From the NCBI GenBank assembly GCA_964416155.1, contig CAYQCW010000002.1, positions 178,215 to 242,214 of the forward strand: a stretch of 64,000 nt of DNA, given 5' to 3'. This DNA is from an uncultured Nitrososphaerota archaeon (GTDB lineage Archaea; Thermoproteota; EX4484-205; JAAOZP01). A program made the position numbers and the translations under genes. Below are positions 38,139 through 47,974 of this stretch, piece after piece. Below the pieces are notes generated by a model, which had not been told where the DNA came from, ran no database searches, and was given only the letters and a program-made list of their open reading frames with translations. Position 1 is the first letter of the stretch. Each line of letters starts with the position of its first letter.

Positions 38139-39293
38139 CTACTTCACAGTCACCCTGGAGGAAAGCCCTATGCTCCTACTGACCACGAAGTCGATGTCAA
38201 TCTTCCTTTCAAGCTTCTCTACAACTTCCAGCTTGGCCCTAGTCGCAGGATGTCTAGCAATTATGCTGCAGCAATCCTTATACGGTTTTATTGAAAGCTC
38301 ATAGGTGCCTATCTTCTTAGCCATGTTTACAATCTCCTCCTTATCGAAAGCTATCAGGGGCCTGAAAACAGGTATTTTAAGGCCGCTGCTTATCGCAACA
38401 ATGTTTTCAAGCGTTTGAGACGCTACTTGAGCAAGGCTTTCACCGGTCACGAGGACCCTAGCGCCCTCAGCCTCAGCAATCCTTTCCGCAACCCTGAACA
38501 TGAACCTCCTGAAGAGAACCAGGTCATACTTCGCCGGGATTTTGACTGCGGCTATTTGAAACTCATACGAAGGTATGAAGGTTACGGTAGTTTCTCCGGA
38601 GTAGGGCAGCAGTTTCCTAACTATCTCAATTATCTTAGAGTTCTCCGCCTCAGCATTATCGCGGAAAGGATGGAAATGCACGTAGCTTACTTCACAGCCC
38701 CTTTTCATCATCAGGTAGGAGGCGATTGGCGAATCTATTCCTCCTGAAAGAAGCGAGAGAACCCTGCCTGAAGACCCTACGGGGAGACCTCCCAACCCCT
38801 TTTTCTTCTCAGCGAATACGTAGGCCTCCCTGCTTAAGACTTCAACGTATATTTTCTTAGAAGGGTTTTCAAGGGAAATCCTTACCCCAAGTTTTTCAAC
38901 AAGCATTCTCCCAAGGGTCTTGCTCAGCTCAAGCGAGGTTGCTGGAAACCTCTTGTCAGCCCTCTTAACCTCGACCTTAACAGGCTCACCCGGTTTAACA
39001 ATCCTGGAAGCCTCCTCCACGACGGCTCTCCCTATTGAATCAACATTTGGCTCAGCCACGCTTGCGAAAGCGAACCAAGATATTCCGAAAACTTTCATAA
39101 GGCTTTCCTCAACCCTCTGAAGATCAGCCCCGTTTAAAGAGAACACCAGCCTGCCTTGAAGTCTCTTAACCTTGAAGTCGGCTATGCCGCTCAACAGGCG
39201 TCTAACGTTTTCAACAAGCATCTTTTCGAAGAAAGGCCGGTTATGACCTTTCAAACCTATTTCAGAGTAGTGTATCACGCAGACCTTTTTCAT
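38139..39293 (-). CDS. thiI: tRNA 4-thiouridine synthase (THUMP + PP-loop, no rhodanese domain)
   Basis: YSEIGLKG.NR, GLGGLPVG, SGGIDSP, GESLAQVASQT, RPLI..DK, DCC. Confidence 0.92.
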   Translation of the reverse strand: MKKVCVIHYSEIGLKGHNRPFFEKMLVENVRRLLSGIADFKVKRLQGRLVFSLNGADLQRVEESLMKVFGISWFAFASVAEPNVDSIGRAVVEEASRIVKPGEPVKVEVKRADKRFPATSLELSKTLGRMLVEKLGVRISLENPSKKIYVEVLSREAYVFAEKKKGLGGLPVGSSGRVLSLLSGGIDSPIASYLMMKRGCEVSYVHFHPFRDNAEAENSKIIEIVRKLLPYSGETTVTFIPSYEFQIAAVKIPAKYDLVLFRRFMFRVAERIAEAEGARVLVTGESLAQVASQTLENIVAISSGLKIPVFRPLIAFDKEEIVNMAKKIGTYELSIKPYKDCCSIIARHPATRAKLEVVEKLERKIDIDFVVSRSIGLSSRVTVK

Positions 39294-39437
39294 CCCATTT
39301 TTAAAACGTTCCTACCGATTTAAGGATTGCAACCCTAGAGAAAGCAGAACAGCCTTTAAACGAGCATTTTTGACCTTTCAGAGGGAAGCTTACCGGTTTT
39401 CCGGCAAGAATTCAACCATCGGAGGAGGCTTGATAGC

Positions 39438-39662
39438 CTAGTCGCAGAGCAGCGTCATGGTTCTTAAAACACCCTTGATACGCCTTATCTCCGAAACCAC
39501 CCTGTCAAGCTGCTTAATATCATTAACCTCTATTTTGACTATTATATCGTACTCGCCGTAGGCAACATCCACATCCGTCACGTTAGTCACACCCCTAATG
39601 GCTTCCTCAATATCCCTCTCCAAACCTACTTCGCAAACTATTAGCAGATATGCCTTTAGCAT
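39438..39662 (-). CDS. stand-alone Lrp/AsnC ligand-binding (RAM) domain protein
   Basis: KAYLLI...YGEYDIIVK...IRRIKGV..T.TL. Confidence 0.85.
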   Translation of the reverse strand: MLKAYLLIVCEVGLERDIEEAIRGVTNVTDVDVAYGEYDIIVKIEVNDIKQLDRVVSEIRRIKGVLRTMTLLCD

Positions 39663-39937
39663 CTTGCTTATTTTTGAGGAAATTGTTTTTAAAGTTTAAG
39701 CCTCGTAAACATAAAACATATATAACTGTGCTTAGCGCGGAAACCAAAGTAATGATTAGGACTCAACTAGACCTGCCGATGTTCTTCCTCTTCTACATGA
39801 TTGCGATCTTCATAAGCTTCCTAGCCTTTCTGATAAGCGCCCTCTTGAGACACATGAGGGAGACAAGGAGGCTCAGGGAGAAGTTTAAAAGGCTCAGGGA
39901 GAAGCCTGAGCAACCCTGGTTTGAAGAAACAGATTAG
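39650..39937 (+). CDS. small single-TM hypothetical protein (true start probably ~39752)
   Basis: Hydrophobic helix followed by a basic tail. TATA-like TATATAA at ~39719. Confidence 0.55.
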   Translation: MPLASCLFLRKLFLKFKPRKHKTYITVLSAETKVMIRTQLDLPMFFLFYMIAIFISFLAFLISALLRHMRETRRLREKFKRLREKPEQPWFEETD

Positions 39938-40293
39938 AATCTGTCTAAATCCACAGGGAGAAGTATCAGGTTAAGCTCAACAGGTTTCTCGCTAAGCCTC
40001 AACCCCATTATCTTCAGACTCCTCCTATCCCAGCTCAGCCTGAAGCCCTCAATCCTGCAAGAAAGATCCTCGGTTACGCTGAGAACCCCTGGCCCAGTGT
40101 TTTCTAAGACGAGTATTTTCACTGTAGCCTCGCCTTTAAGCGTTGACAGGAAAAGCTTGAAACCCTCTCGAGTTCTCCTTAAAACTATTTTCAGAATGTT
40201 CCCCGGTATTTTAACTTCAGCATTACCCGGCTCCAAGTTTTTCATGAGAAGCGCATCCTCCCCCTCTAAATAAACGCAGCTAGGCCCATCCAT
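39934..40293 (-). CDS. hypothetical protein
   Basis: 119-aa ORF filling the gap, with TATA-like CTTAAA upstream. No family recognised. Confidence 0.6.
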   Translation of the reverse strand: MDGPSCVYLEGEDALLMKNLEPGNAEVKIPGNILKIVLRRTREGFKLFLSTLKGEATVKILVLENTGPGVLSVTEDLSCRIEGFRLSWDRRSLKIMGLRLSEKPVELNLILLPVDLDRF

Positions 40294-40388
40294 ATCCGTT
40301 TGGAAACAGGGTGTTTAAGATAAGTGTTTTCCACATCTCTACGGCAAGCCTGTTGCTTGCCAGTTGGCTTAATGAATAAGCGTTTATA

Positions 40389-41702
40389 TTGGCGATTCCT
40401 ATTCTTCACATGCCAACCGTCTGGGAGAGAGAGGTTGAAGAGCTTCAGCTGAGAAGATTATCCGACGGCCTGTTCACTCCAAGATACGACGGCTTCTCCC
40501 TTCCAAACCTTTCAAACAGCCTAATGAAGCTCATGGGTGTTAAGCCCTCCGGAAGAAGGCTTGGGAACGATGTTCTCACAGACTTCAAAAACCCTCGCAA
40601 GATTGTCCTCCTGATCATGGACGCTATGGGACTTAACGTCTTTGAAAAAGCCTCTGAGGGGCTTAAACCCTTCCTGAAAAGTCTTTTCGCTAAAAAAGGC
40701 ATACCTGTTAAGGCGTTAACGTCCGTCTTCCCATCAACAACCTCAGCTGCCCTGACGAGCCTCAACACCGGGTTAAGCCCCCAGGAGCACGGCGTAGTTG
40801 CCTACACGCTATTCATGAAGGAGCTAAGCTCAATGGTTAACATGATCTCCCTGAGCCCTGTTAACGACGAGAGGAGAAACAGGATTTTCGAGCTCGGCAT
40901 GGATGCTGACAAGATACTTGGCGTAAAGGTTTTGACGGAGAAGCTTGTGGAAACAGGGGTTGAAGCTAAAACCGTAATCAGGTACGGTATCCGGAACAGC
41001 GGTCTTTCAACACTGCTCTACAGGGGTTCAAAGATAACCCCGGCCTTAACCAGCGTGGACTTCGCGACAAACCTTGCCAGGCTCGTCAACGAGAAGAACA
41101 CAAGGCTCATACTAGCCTACTGGGATAGTTTCGACGGCCAGTCGCACTATTATGGGCCGTTCAGCCCTGAGGCTGAGCTCGAACTCCTAAACATCCTCAC
41201 CCTTCTCCGAGAATCCTTCAGCAGGGTTAAGCCTGATATCGCTAGGGAAACGCTCCTAATAATTACTTCCGACCATGGTCAGACAACGGTTAGAGACGAC
41301 AAATCGGTCAGGCTAGACAGTTTAAACTGGCTCAAGGATTCTCTCGTAATGCCCCCCGCCGGCGAGTCTAGAGCAGCCTACCTATACCTTAAGAAGAGTG
41401 TGAAAGAGTTTGAGAGAAAGTTTCACAGGGAGATCGGCGGAGGCATATCCCTGTTTAAATCCGGAAAGCTCTTGGATAAAGGCGTTTTCGGAACAGGTGA
41501 GGTTAAGCGATGTGTCAAAGACAGGATTGGAGACTATATTGCGTTGTCTAAGGAGGAGAGCAGACTCGTGTTCCACTATGATTTAAAGGAGAGGATGGAG
41601 CCAGAGTTCGTAAGGGCTGGTGCACATGGCTCTTTAACGCTGGATGAAATTCTAGTTCCACTTATCGTATGCAGGCTTTCAAGCCTCTCTGGACAGGTAT
41701 AA
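40389..41702 (+). CDS. alkaline-phosphatase superfamily / type I phosphodiesterase-nucleotide pyrophosphatase
   Basis: LIMDAMG, SVFPSTT (Thr nucleophile), D...H.YGP, TSDHG, GAHGSL. Confidence 0.88.
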   Translation: MAIPILHMPTVWEREVEELQLRRLSDGLFTPRYDGFSLPNLSNSLMKLMGVKPSGRRLGNDVLTDFKNPRKIVLLIMDAMGLNVFEKASEGLKPFLKSLFAKKGIPVKALTSVFPSTTSAALTSLNTGLSPQEHGVVAYTLFMKELSSMVNMISLSPVNDERRNRIFELGMDADKILGVKVLTEKLVETGVEAKTVIRYGIRNSGLSTLLYRGSKITPALTSVDFATNLARLVNEKNTRLILAYWDSFDGQSHYYGPFSPEAELELLNILTLLRESFSRVKPDIARETLLIITSDHGQTTVRDDKSVRLDSLNWLKDSLVMPPAGESRAAYLYLKKSVKEFERKFHREIGGGISLFKSGKLLDKGVFGTGEVKRCVKDRIGDYIALSKEESRLVFHYDLKERMEPEFVRAGAHGSLTLDEILVPLIVCRLSSLSGQV

Positions 41703-41857
41703 AACCATAAAGCCTGTCGAGTCGGAAACAAGACGGAAAAACACTTAAAAAGGAATTTGAAAAACATTGAAACGGATTCGGTTCCGATTCTAACAAGCTC
41801 TAGCTAGAGGTTTTGATCCACCAGTTTTAACTGCTAAGAAGGTTATTCAGACTACCC

Positions 41858-42271
41858 TTAATACCTCCTCCTTGAACCACGGTTAAACCTTCTGCCGCCG
41901 TAGTAGCCTCCTGAAACCTCTTTCTCAGACATGTTGTTAGAAGTGTCAACGCTTCCTATCTGAGCGTCACTCTTCTCTATAGAACCGTACTTGCCCACGT
42001 TCAGCCTTAGAGTCCTCTGGTAAACCGTTACGTAACCGTTTTTAATAATTATAACGTCTTCCGGCTTAACCAAATCGATATTCTCGTTCCAGAGCGTTAA
42101 CAGTATTGTTCCTGTTTCATCGCCAATCTTCGCCTCTGCAACCCTGTTCGTAGAGCCTCCGTACCTAGATGCAACCTCCCTTGCTTCAGAGAGGGATAGC
42201 ACCTTGGCGAGAAGGTTTACGTGTTTGGAGTCGGTGCTAAGGTCTTTAACCTTAACAAGCTGCTCCGCCAC
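41858..42271 (-). CDS. ssb: single-stranded DNA-binding protein, crenarchaeal type
   Basis: Single OB fold (IGDETG.I.LTLW...NGYV...LNVGKYG) with a Gly/Arg-rich tail. Confidence 0.9.
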   Translation of the reverse strand: MAEQLVKVKDLSTDSKHVNLLAKVLSLSEAREVASRYGGSTNRVAEAKIGDETGTILLTLWNENIDLVKPEDVIIIKNGYVTVYQRTLRLNVGKYGSIEKSDAQIGSVDTSNNMSEKEVSGGYYGGRRFNRGSRRRY

Positions 42272-42366
42272 TTCGTCTCATCTCCACGAAACCATCATTA
42301 AGGCTATATTTAACCTTTCCCCCTGGGGAAAAGCTTATCTCGAGTCGCACGCCACTCTTACACGTT

Positions 42367-42600
42367 ATGAAGGCGATAATACTCGTAAAGGTTTCAAGCA
42401 GCTTCCAAGGCAATGTTGAAAAAGTTGTTCAAATAAAGGGGGTGAAAAAGGTTTACGAGCTAACCGGGGACATAGACCTCCTCGTTGAGGTTGAAACCCC
42501 GTCTGAAACAGACCTTAGGAGAATAGTCGACGATATCCTTAGCGTTAAAGGCGTGGAATCAACGGACACGCGCATAGTTTTGTCGCACATCGTCAAGTAG
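42367..42600 (+). CDS. stand-alone Lrp/AsnC RAM-domain protein
   Basis: MKAIILVK...YELTGDIDLLV...GVESTDTRIVL. Confidence 0.85.
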   Translation: MKAIILVKVSSSFQGNVEKVVQIKGVKKVYELTGDIDLLVEVETPSETDLRRIVDDILSVKGVESTDTRIVLSHIVK

Positions 42601-42630
42601 GAAAAACATATATGCCTGCTGCCTTGATGA

Positions 42631-42885
42631 ATGCTGGGAATGCAGGCTTTCGTGCTCGCTAAGATAGGCAAGGGTTTTAACAGGGAAAGGGTTATGGAGA
42701 AACTTATCAGCATCGAGGAGGTTAGAGAGATCATGGAGCTAACCGGGGACATAGACCTGTTGATCAGGGTGGATGTGCTCGACGTTGAAAGGCTTATGAA
42801 GACGGTTTTAAAAATAAGGGGCGTCGAGTCCATCGCTACGACGGACACTCGCGTAGTGCTCTCGGTTGAGCGCGCTAAGACTTAA
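42631..42885 (+). CDS. stand-alone Lrp/AsnC RAM-domain protein (tandem paralogue)
   Basis: MQAFVLAK...ELTGDIDLLI...TTDTRVVL. Shares 23 identical nt with the upstream copy. Confidence 0.85.
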   Translation: MLGMQAFVLAKIGKGFNRERVMEKLISIEEVREIMELTGDIDLLIRVDVLDVERLMKTVLKIRGVESIATTDTRVVLSVERAKT

Positions 42886-42917
42886 AAACCGTTTCTTAAC
42901 GCTGCCTATGTGGCCAT

Positions 42918-43601
42918 ATGATTGAAGCAGTACTGTTCGACCTAGACGGGACCCTTATAGAGTTTAACTATAATTATGCTTCAGCCAGGAGGCTAATAAT
43001 AGCCAGACTCGCCCAGATGGGTGTAGACGGCAAAGTTCTCTCAGAATCCAAACCGGCCTCGGTGAACGTGGAGGACGCAATAATTTTCATGAGGCGGAAA
43101 GGCTTAGGCGAGGAGGAGCTGAGAAAACTGAGGAGGATGGCTTACGAGGCGGTGGAACCATTGGAGCTTGAAGCCGCTGGCAACCCTGTTTTAAGGAATG
43201 GTGTCCCGGATCTTCTCTCATGGCTTAGAGACAAAGGTGTGAAGACAGCCGTCTGTACGAACAACTGCAGCATGGCATGCGAAATAATTCTTCGCAAAAC
43301 CTTTTTAAAAAGGTTCTTCGAGCATGTCTTAACAAGAGACGATGTTGAGAGGCTTAAGCCTTTTCCAGACATTATTCTTAAGGCTTGCAAGAAACTCGGT
43401 GTTACACCGGAGAAAACGATTCACGTGGGCGACTCTCCGATAGACATTGCAGCAGCTAGGAGTGCAGGGGTTACGCCTATAGGAATAGTTTCCAGTCTAT
43501 CTAACGCTGAGAGGCTCAGGAATGCTGGAGCAGAGCTTGTAGTTTCAAACATGGATGAGCTTACGGAACAGTTAAAGAAAATTATCTTACGATGCCCGTG
43601 A
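42918..43601 (+). CDS. HAD-superfamily hydrolase (phosphoglycolate phosphatase-like)
   Basis: FDLDGTL, CTNN, KPFP, VGDSPID. Confidence 0.88.
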   Translation: MIEAVLFDLDGTLIEFNYNYASARRLIIARLAQMGVDGKVLSESKPASVNVEDAIIFMRRKGLGEEELRKLRRMAYEAVEPLELEAAGNPVLRNGVPDLLSWLRDKGVKTAVCTNNCSMACEIILRKTFLKRFFEHVLTRDDVERLKPFPDIILKACKKLGVTPEKTIHVGDSPIDIAAARSAGVTPIGIVSSLSNAERLRNAGAELVVSNMDELTEQLKKIILRCP

Positions 43602-43706
43602 AAAAACAGGTTCCGGATTCCGAGAATTGTGGAAAATAGGAAGTGTATCGGTTGGTTTTAACCCATCGGACAAAAATATTATATACTGGTAAAATATGTT
43701 ATATTC

Positions 43707-44762
43707 ATGGCAGGAAAGCGAATAAGAGTAGCACTTATAGGGTTGGGAAACTGCGCCTCAGCAGCCATTCAAGGTCTTTACTATTATTCTTCATACCCTG
43801 AGAAAGAGGGGCTTTGGCACCCTGTTGTTGGAGGCTATAGGGTTAGCAACATCCAGATCGTAGCAGCAATAGACATAGATTCGAGAAAAACCGGGAAAGA
43901 TGTTGCTGAGGCGATTTTCTCTGAGCCAAATGTTTTCGAGAAGCATTACGCGATACCTAAGACCGGCGTTGTGGTAGAGAAGGGGCTGCTGGAGGACGAG
44001 CTAAACCCGTATCTAGCCTCAACGGTTAAACCCGTGAAACAGGAAAGGGAGAGCATTACTGAATACTTAAGGAAGAACCGTGTGGAAATAGCTGTAAACA
44101 TGATTTCCAGCGGTCTTGACAAGTCTTCACTAGCATATGCCGAGGCTGCGCGCGAGGCTGGAGCAAGCTTCGTAAACACTACTCCAACAAGTGTCGCTAC
44201 GAACCCTGTGCTCATTGAGAAATTCGAGAAGAAAGGGCGTATAGTAGTTGGGGACGATCTTAAGAGCCAGCTTGGAGGGACAGCTTTACACAGGGGGCTT
44301 GTGGCGTTTCTTAAGTCAAGGGGGGTTAAGCCGGTTAAAAGCTATCAGCTTGACGTTGGAGGCGGGCTGGAAACACTGAACACGATGTATGAGGATCTTA
44401 GGGATTTCAAGAAGCAGGTTAAAACATCTTCCATAGTCGAGGAGGTTGAGGAAGGCTGGGAGGTGGTTTCTGGAACAACGGACTACGTTGACTTCCTGGG
44501 GAACAACAGGATCACCTATCTACAGTTTAGCGCAACGGGTTTCATGGGAGGCAGCTTCACAATTAACGTGAGCCTGAGGTCTAACGACGGGCTTAACGCG
44601 GGAAACATAATACTTGATGCTATAAGGGCTGTAGCGAAGGCTATGGACGACGGGCTCAGCGGAAACATCCGCGAGATCTCCAACTACGGTTTCAAGAAGA
44701 CGCTTGAAAAGAAAAAGCTGTTTGAAGCCACCGCCGTCTTCCAATCTAAATACTGCGGCTGA
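43707..44762 (+). CDS. ino1: myo-inositol-1-phosphate synthase family protein (divergent)
   Basis: GLGNCAS..IQG..YY, GDDLKSQLG, YQLDVGG. Confidence 0.8.
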   Translation: MAGKRIRVALIGLGNCASAAIQGLYYYSSYPEKEGLWHPVVGGYRVSNIQIVAAIDIDSRKTGKDVAEAIFSEPNVFEKHYAIPKTGVVVEKGLLEDELNPYLASTVKPVKQERESITEYLRKNRVEIAVNMISSGLDKSSLAYAEAAREAGASFVNTTPTSVATNPVLIEKFEKKGRIVVGDDLKSQLGGTALHRGLVAFLKSRGVKPVKSYQLDVGGGLETLNTMYEDLRDFKKQVKTSSIVEEVEEGWEVVSGTTDYVDFLGNNRITYLQFSATGFMGGSFTINVSLRSNDGLNAGNIILDAIRAVAKAMDDGLSGNIREISNYGFKKTLEKKKLFEATAVFQSKYCG

Positions 44763-45041
44763 CTATTCCTTCTCAGCAATAAGCCTCAGGTCCAGCGATT
44801 TCTCGCCAAGCCTGAGGATCTCTATCCCAATTATTTTCAGGTTCATTTTGAGCCCCTTAGAACGAACCGTTATCCTCTTCGGGTTTGACGGTGAAACCTC
44901 CTTGGCCTCCTTCAAAAATATTCTGAGCGGAATGAGCTCGTCACCCCACTCCACAGCTTTAGTCGGCAAGGGGTCTCCAACATCCTGGAGCCTGAGGGTC
45001 AACTCAAGCTCGTACTCGCCTCCAGCCCATCTTTTAAACAT
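44763..45041 (-). CDS. hypothetical protein
   Basis: 92-aa ORF 5 bp after the GIY-YIG gene on the same strand. Confidence 0.55.
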   Translation of the reverse strand: MFKRWAGGEYELELTLRLQDVGDPLPTKAVEWGDELIPLRIFLKEAKEVSPSNPKRITVRSKGLKMNLKIIGIEILRLGEKSLDLRLIAEKE

Positions 45042-45046
45042 GCTTT

Positions 45047-45520
45047 TTAACGTTCAGACGGGTTTATTAAAGCCTCTCGGCTGAAAATCCTATACCTTAA
45101 GCCGCTACTCCTCATCGCTAACCCTATTCTTCTAACAGTCTTTCTTAAGCCCTCCTTGGAAAACAGGAGGTGGGCGAAATCACTTTGAGAGTCGGTTGCA
45201 CCAAACCCTTTAACAACTTTAACAAAACCCGAGGAGGAGAGGATGCGCGTAAGCCTCGATTCTCCGTGTGGGAGAGGAGTGTAGATAATGCTTACAACCT
45301 TAACGCTCCTAAGCCTCGTCAAATAGTCTATGTGCCACCTCGCTCTCTTATTCCTTCTCAAGTGTCTCAAAACCCTTTTCTCAAAGCCACCCGGCCCCAT
45401 GGCGGAGCCCACGTAAACATAGCAGCCTGGGGGAAGCCTGACCCTTCGAAGAGAACCTGGCTTAAACCAGACGCTTCTCCCGACTGAAATAATGAGAATA
45501 TAGGATCCCCTCAAAAACAC
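45047..45520 (-). CDS. GIY-YIG (Uri) nuclease, DUF123 family
   Basis: [30 protein letters not shown]. Confidence 0.88.
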   Translation of the reverse strand: MFLRGSYILIISVGRSVWFKPGSLRRVRLPPGCYVYVGSAMGPGGFEKRVLRHLRRNKRARWHIDYLTRLRSVKVVSIIYTPLPHGESRLTRILSSSGFVKVVKGFGATDSQSDFAHLLFSKEGLRKTVRRIGLAMRSSGLRYRIFSREALINPSER

Positions 45521-45556
45521 CCACCTGGATCAGAATGCTTAAGAAACTCCGGACTG

Positions 45557-46087
45557 ATGGTAAAAGTGTTGTTTGACGAGAGGAATGGAGAACCCCAGCT
45601 CGACTCTGAGAGGCTCAGGATGATCGAGGTTGCTTCAAACCCGCATAGGATAAGGATAGTGATGGAACTGCTTAACAAAGAGGGAACGGTGGCGTCGCTC
45701 TCTAAAACCCTAGGGTATTCCAGGCAGCTCGTAGACCACCATCTGGAGACATTAGAGAGAAGCAGGCTCGTGTTCAGAAGGAAGGTTGGAAACGTCGAGA
45801 TGTATAGTGCTACAGAGGCTGCGAAGACAATAGTCTCGGAAATACTGAAGATGCATTCTGAAATAGGAAGGGTTGAGAAAAACGAGACGGCTGCAAAGGT
45901 TGATAAGCATACGTCTACAGGCTTAAGGCCTAAGAGGCTCCTACCACTGATCATAGGATTGTCCACAGTACTCATAGCTTCTGCTGAAGCAATCCGTGCA
46001 GAAGTATACACCTATATTCTTGGAGGAATACTGCTGGGCATTCTTCTCTACACGGCGGCTTCAAGGCTCATCCGGCTTCTAGAATAG
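45557..46087 (+). CDS. ArsR-like wHTH regulator fused to two C-terminal TM helices
   Basis: NPHRIRI...[13 protein letters not shown]...LV. Two hydrophobic helices at the C-terminus. Confidence 0.78.
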   Translation: MVKVLFDERNGEPQLDSERLRMIEVASNPHRIRIVMELLNKEGTVASLSKTLGYSRQLVDHHLETLERSRLVFRRKVGNVEMYSATEAAKTIVSEILKMHSEIGRVEKNETAAKVDKHTSTGLRPKRLLPLIIGLSTVLIASAEAIRAEVYTYILGGILLGILLYTAASRLIRLLE

Positions 46088-46862
46088 TGCATTCAACACT
46101 GGCCTCATCCTTAATCATGAGGCTTAAAGCACTTGGCCGGGTAAGGTTCCCAATCACCACTCTGACACCCTTTTCAGCAGCGTACAGCCCTTCCTCAATC
46201 TTCCTATAGATCCCCCCGGTCACGTCGCCTGGTCTAAGCGAGGCTGTTAGGCTCGGCAACATGCTCCTCCTTAAACAGGGTATTAGGCTTGCATTAGTGT
46301 TAAGCCTAGGGTCGCCAGTGAAGACACCGTCAACATCAGTCCCATACACGAGCTTGACGGCGCCTAGTCTAACGGCAAGAAATGAAGACAACTGGTCTCC
46401 TGAGACTATTGTGAACCTTTTCTCAGAGGAATCCATGGCGATGTCCCCGGGGATCAACGGCACGACGCCTAGGTTCAGCATCATCCTCAGCGGCGCGGTG
46501 AAAAAGCTTTCTATCCTCCCGGATGAGCAGGTTAAGCAGCTGACAGGAGTAACCGGTACTGCTGGAACACCGTGCGAAGCTAGGCTCTCAAGTATTAGCT
46601 GAGTCAGCTCGTTCATCTTCAGCTTAACCCTTGACAACCCTACGAGCTGGCTTGGCTGGAGATAGCCCTCGGCAACACGATACTCTGAAGCAACAACATG
46701 CCCGTATGAGCCTCCACCGTGAACCAGAATAAGGCTGTAATCCCGGAGGAGCTCTGAAACCTGTTTTGAAACCTGCTCTATCACGGGAGTGTTAGGCGTG
46801 AAAGGCTCATCTTTCCTGGTTACCACGCTTCCCCCCAGCTTGACAATAACTAGAGGCTTCAT
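46068..46862 (-). CDS. ipk: isopentenyl phosphate kinase
   Basis: [34 protein letters not shown]; next to the prenyl synthase. Confidence 0.9.
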   Translation of the reverse strand: MKPLVIVKLGGSVVTRKDEPFTPNTPVIEQVSKQVSELLRDYSLILVHGGGSYGHVVASEYRVAEGYLQPSQLVGLSRVKLKMNELTQLILESLASHGVPAVPVTPVSCLTCSSGRIESFFTAPLRMMLNLGVVPLIPGDIAMDSSEKRFTIVSGDQLSSFLAVRLGAVKLVYGTDVDGVFTGDPRLNTNASLIPCLRRSMLPSLTASLRPGDVTGGIYRKIEEGLYAAEKGVRVVIGNLTRPSALSLMIKDEASVECTILEAG

Positions 46863-46865
46863 TTT

Positions 46866-47891
46866 TCACCTGTTCCTGTAAACCACGTAGTCAGCAAGCT
46901 GGAACAGGAGCCTCTTAGCCTTTGAATCTGGGAGCACGTTTAGCATTGACTTAGCCTTCTCGGAGAAAAGCCATGCTTCCTTCACAGCATTCTCCCTAAC
47001 ACCGGTTCTAGCCAGAATGCTTAAAGCCTCATCTAAATCCTCCTGGAAAACCTGTTTACTTCTTAAAACGCTCAGGAAAAACCTTTTGCTCTCACCATTC
47101 ATCCTCTCCAGCCCCCTGAGAATAAGCATGTTCCCAAGCTTATGCTCTAAAACGTCTTTCCCAACTTGTTTACCTGTTTCAACGGTTGAGCCGAACAGGT
47201 CCAGAAGGTCGTCTACAATTTGGAAAGATATTCCGAGGTTTAAGCCGAACCCTCTAAACGCTTCAACAATATTCTCGCTCGCACCTGCTTCCACAGCACC
47301 CATCATCGCGCTCGCCTCATAGAGAGAAGAAGTCTTGCGGACAACCATGTCCACATAGTCGTCTAAACCAACACTCATCCTCCGGTGCTCAACAACATAA
47401 GGATCGTCCTCCCTACCAACCTGCTCGAAGAGAACGTCTAGACGCTCACCCTCCACAAGCCTCATAACATAACGGTCAACAATGGAGAGTAACCTGTTAG
47501 AGTTCCTAGACTTCAGCAGGAGCTCTGAAACAACCTCCCTGTACTGGACCGCGGCTAGAAGAGCCATTGTTAAACCATACTTCCGCCATAAAGTGGAAAT
47601 ACCCCTCCTGACTTCACCATGGTCAATAATGTCGTCTATTATGAGAGTGTAGTTGTGGATAAGTTCTATTGCTGCTGCAGCATTCAAAGCGTCTTCAGGA
47701 TTCCCGCCGGCAGCCTCGCATGAAAGCATCAGGACTGCTGGCCGAATCCGTTTTCCACCTGCCTTTACAGGGTAGAGCAGAACCTCTTGAAACTCTGGCG
47801 AAGCATTCTCGGAGAGAGCATCATAAATCACTGGTTCAACACTCCTAGCGACCTCTTCAAGCACCTCGGGAAGCCCCTTATCCTCCTTCAA
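46866..47891 (-). CDS. idsA: geranylgeranyl diphosphate synthase (polyprenyl synthetase)
   Basis: GGKRIRP, YTLIIDDIID...RRG, KT, FQIVDDLLD, GKD...K. Confidence 0.9.
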   Translation of the reverse strand: MKEDKGLPEVLEEVARSVEPVIYDALSENASPEFQEVLLYPVKAGGKRIRPAVLMLSCEAAGGNPEDALNAAAAIELIHNYTLIIDDIIDHGEVRRGISTLWRKYGLTMALLAAVQYREVVSELLLKSRNSNRLLSIVDRYVMRLVEGERLDVLFEQVGREDDPYVVEHRRMSVGLDDYVDMVVRKTSSLYEASAMMGAVEAGASENIVEAFRGFGLNLGISFQIVDDLLDLFGSTVETGKQVGKDVLEHKLGNMLILRGLERMNGESKRFFLSVLRSKQVFQEDLDEALSILARTGVRENAVKEAWLFSEKAKSMLNVLPDSKAKRLLFQLADYVVYRNR

Positions 47892-47974
47892 TATGCAGAT
47901 TTAGCCTCAAAGCATGTTTAAAACTCTTAACCGGCGACAAAGCTTTTTATCAAGCCTGAGACAGTGTTTAGCCA

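Noticed and set aside
45047-45520. GIY-YIG gene as a homing endonuclease or defence system
   Set aside because: It matches the common stand-alone archaeal DUF123 family and has no intron or mobile context.
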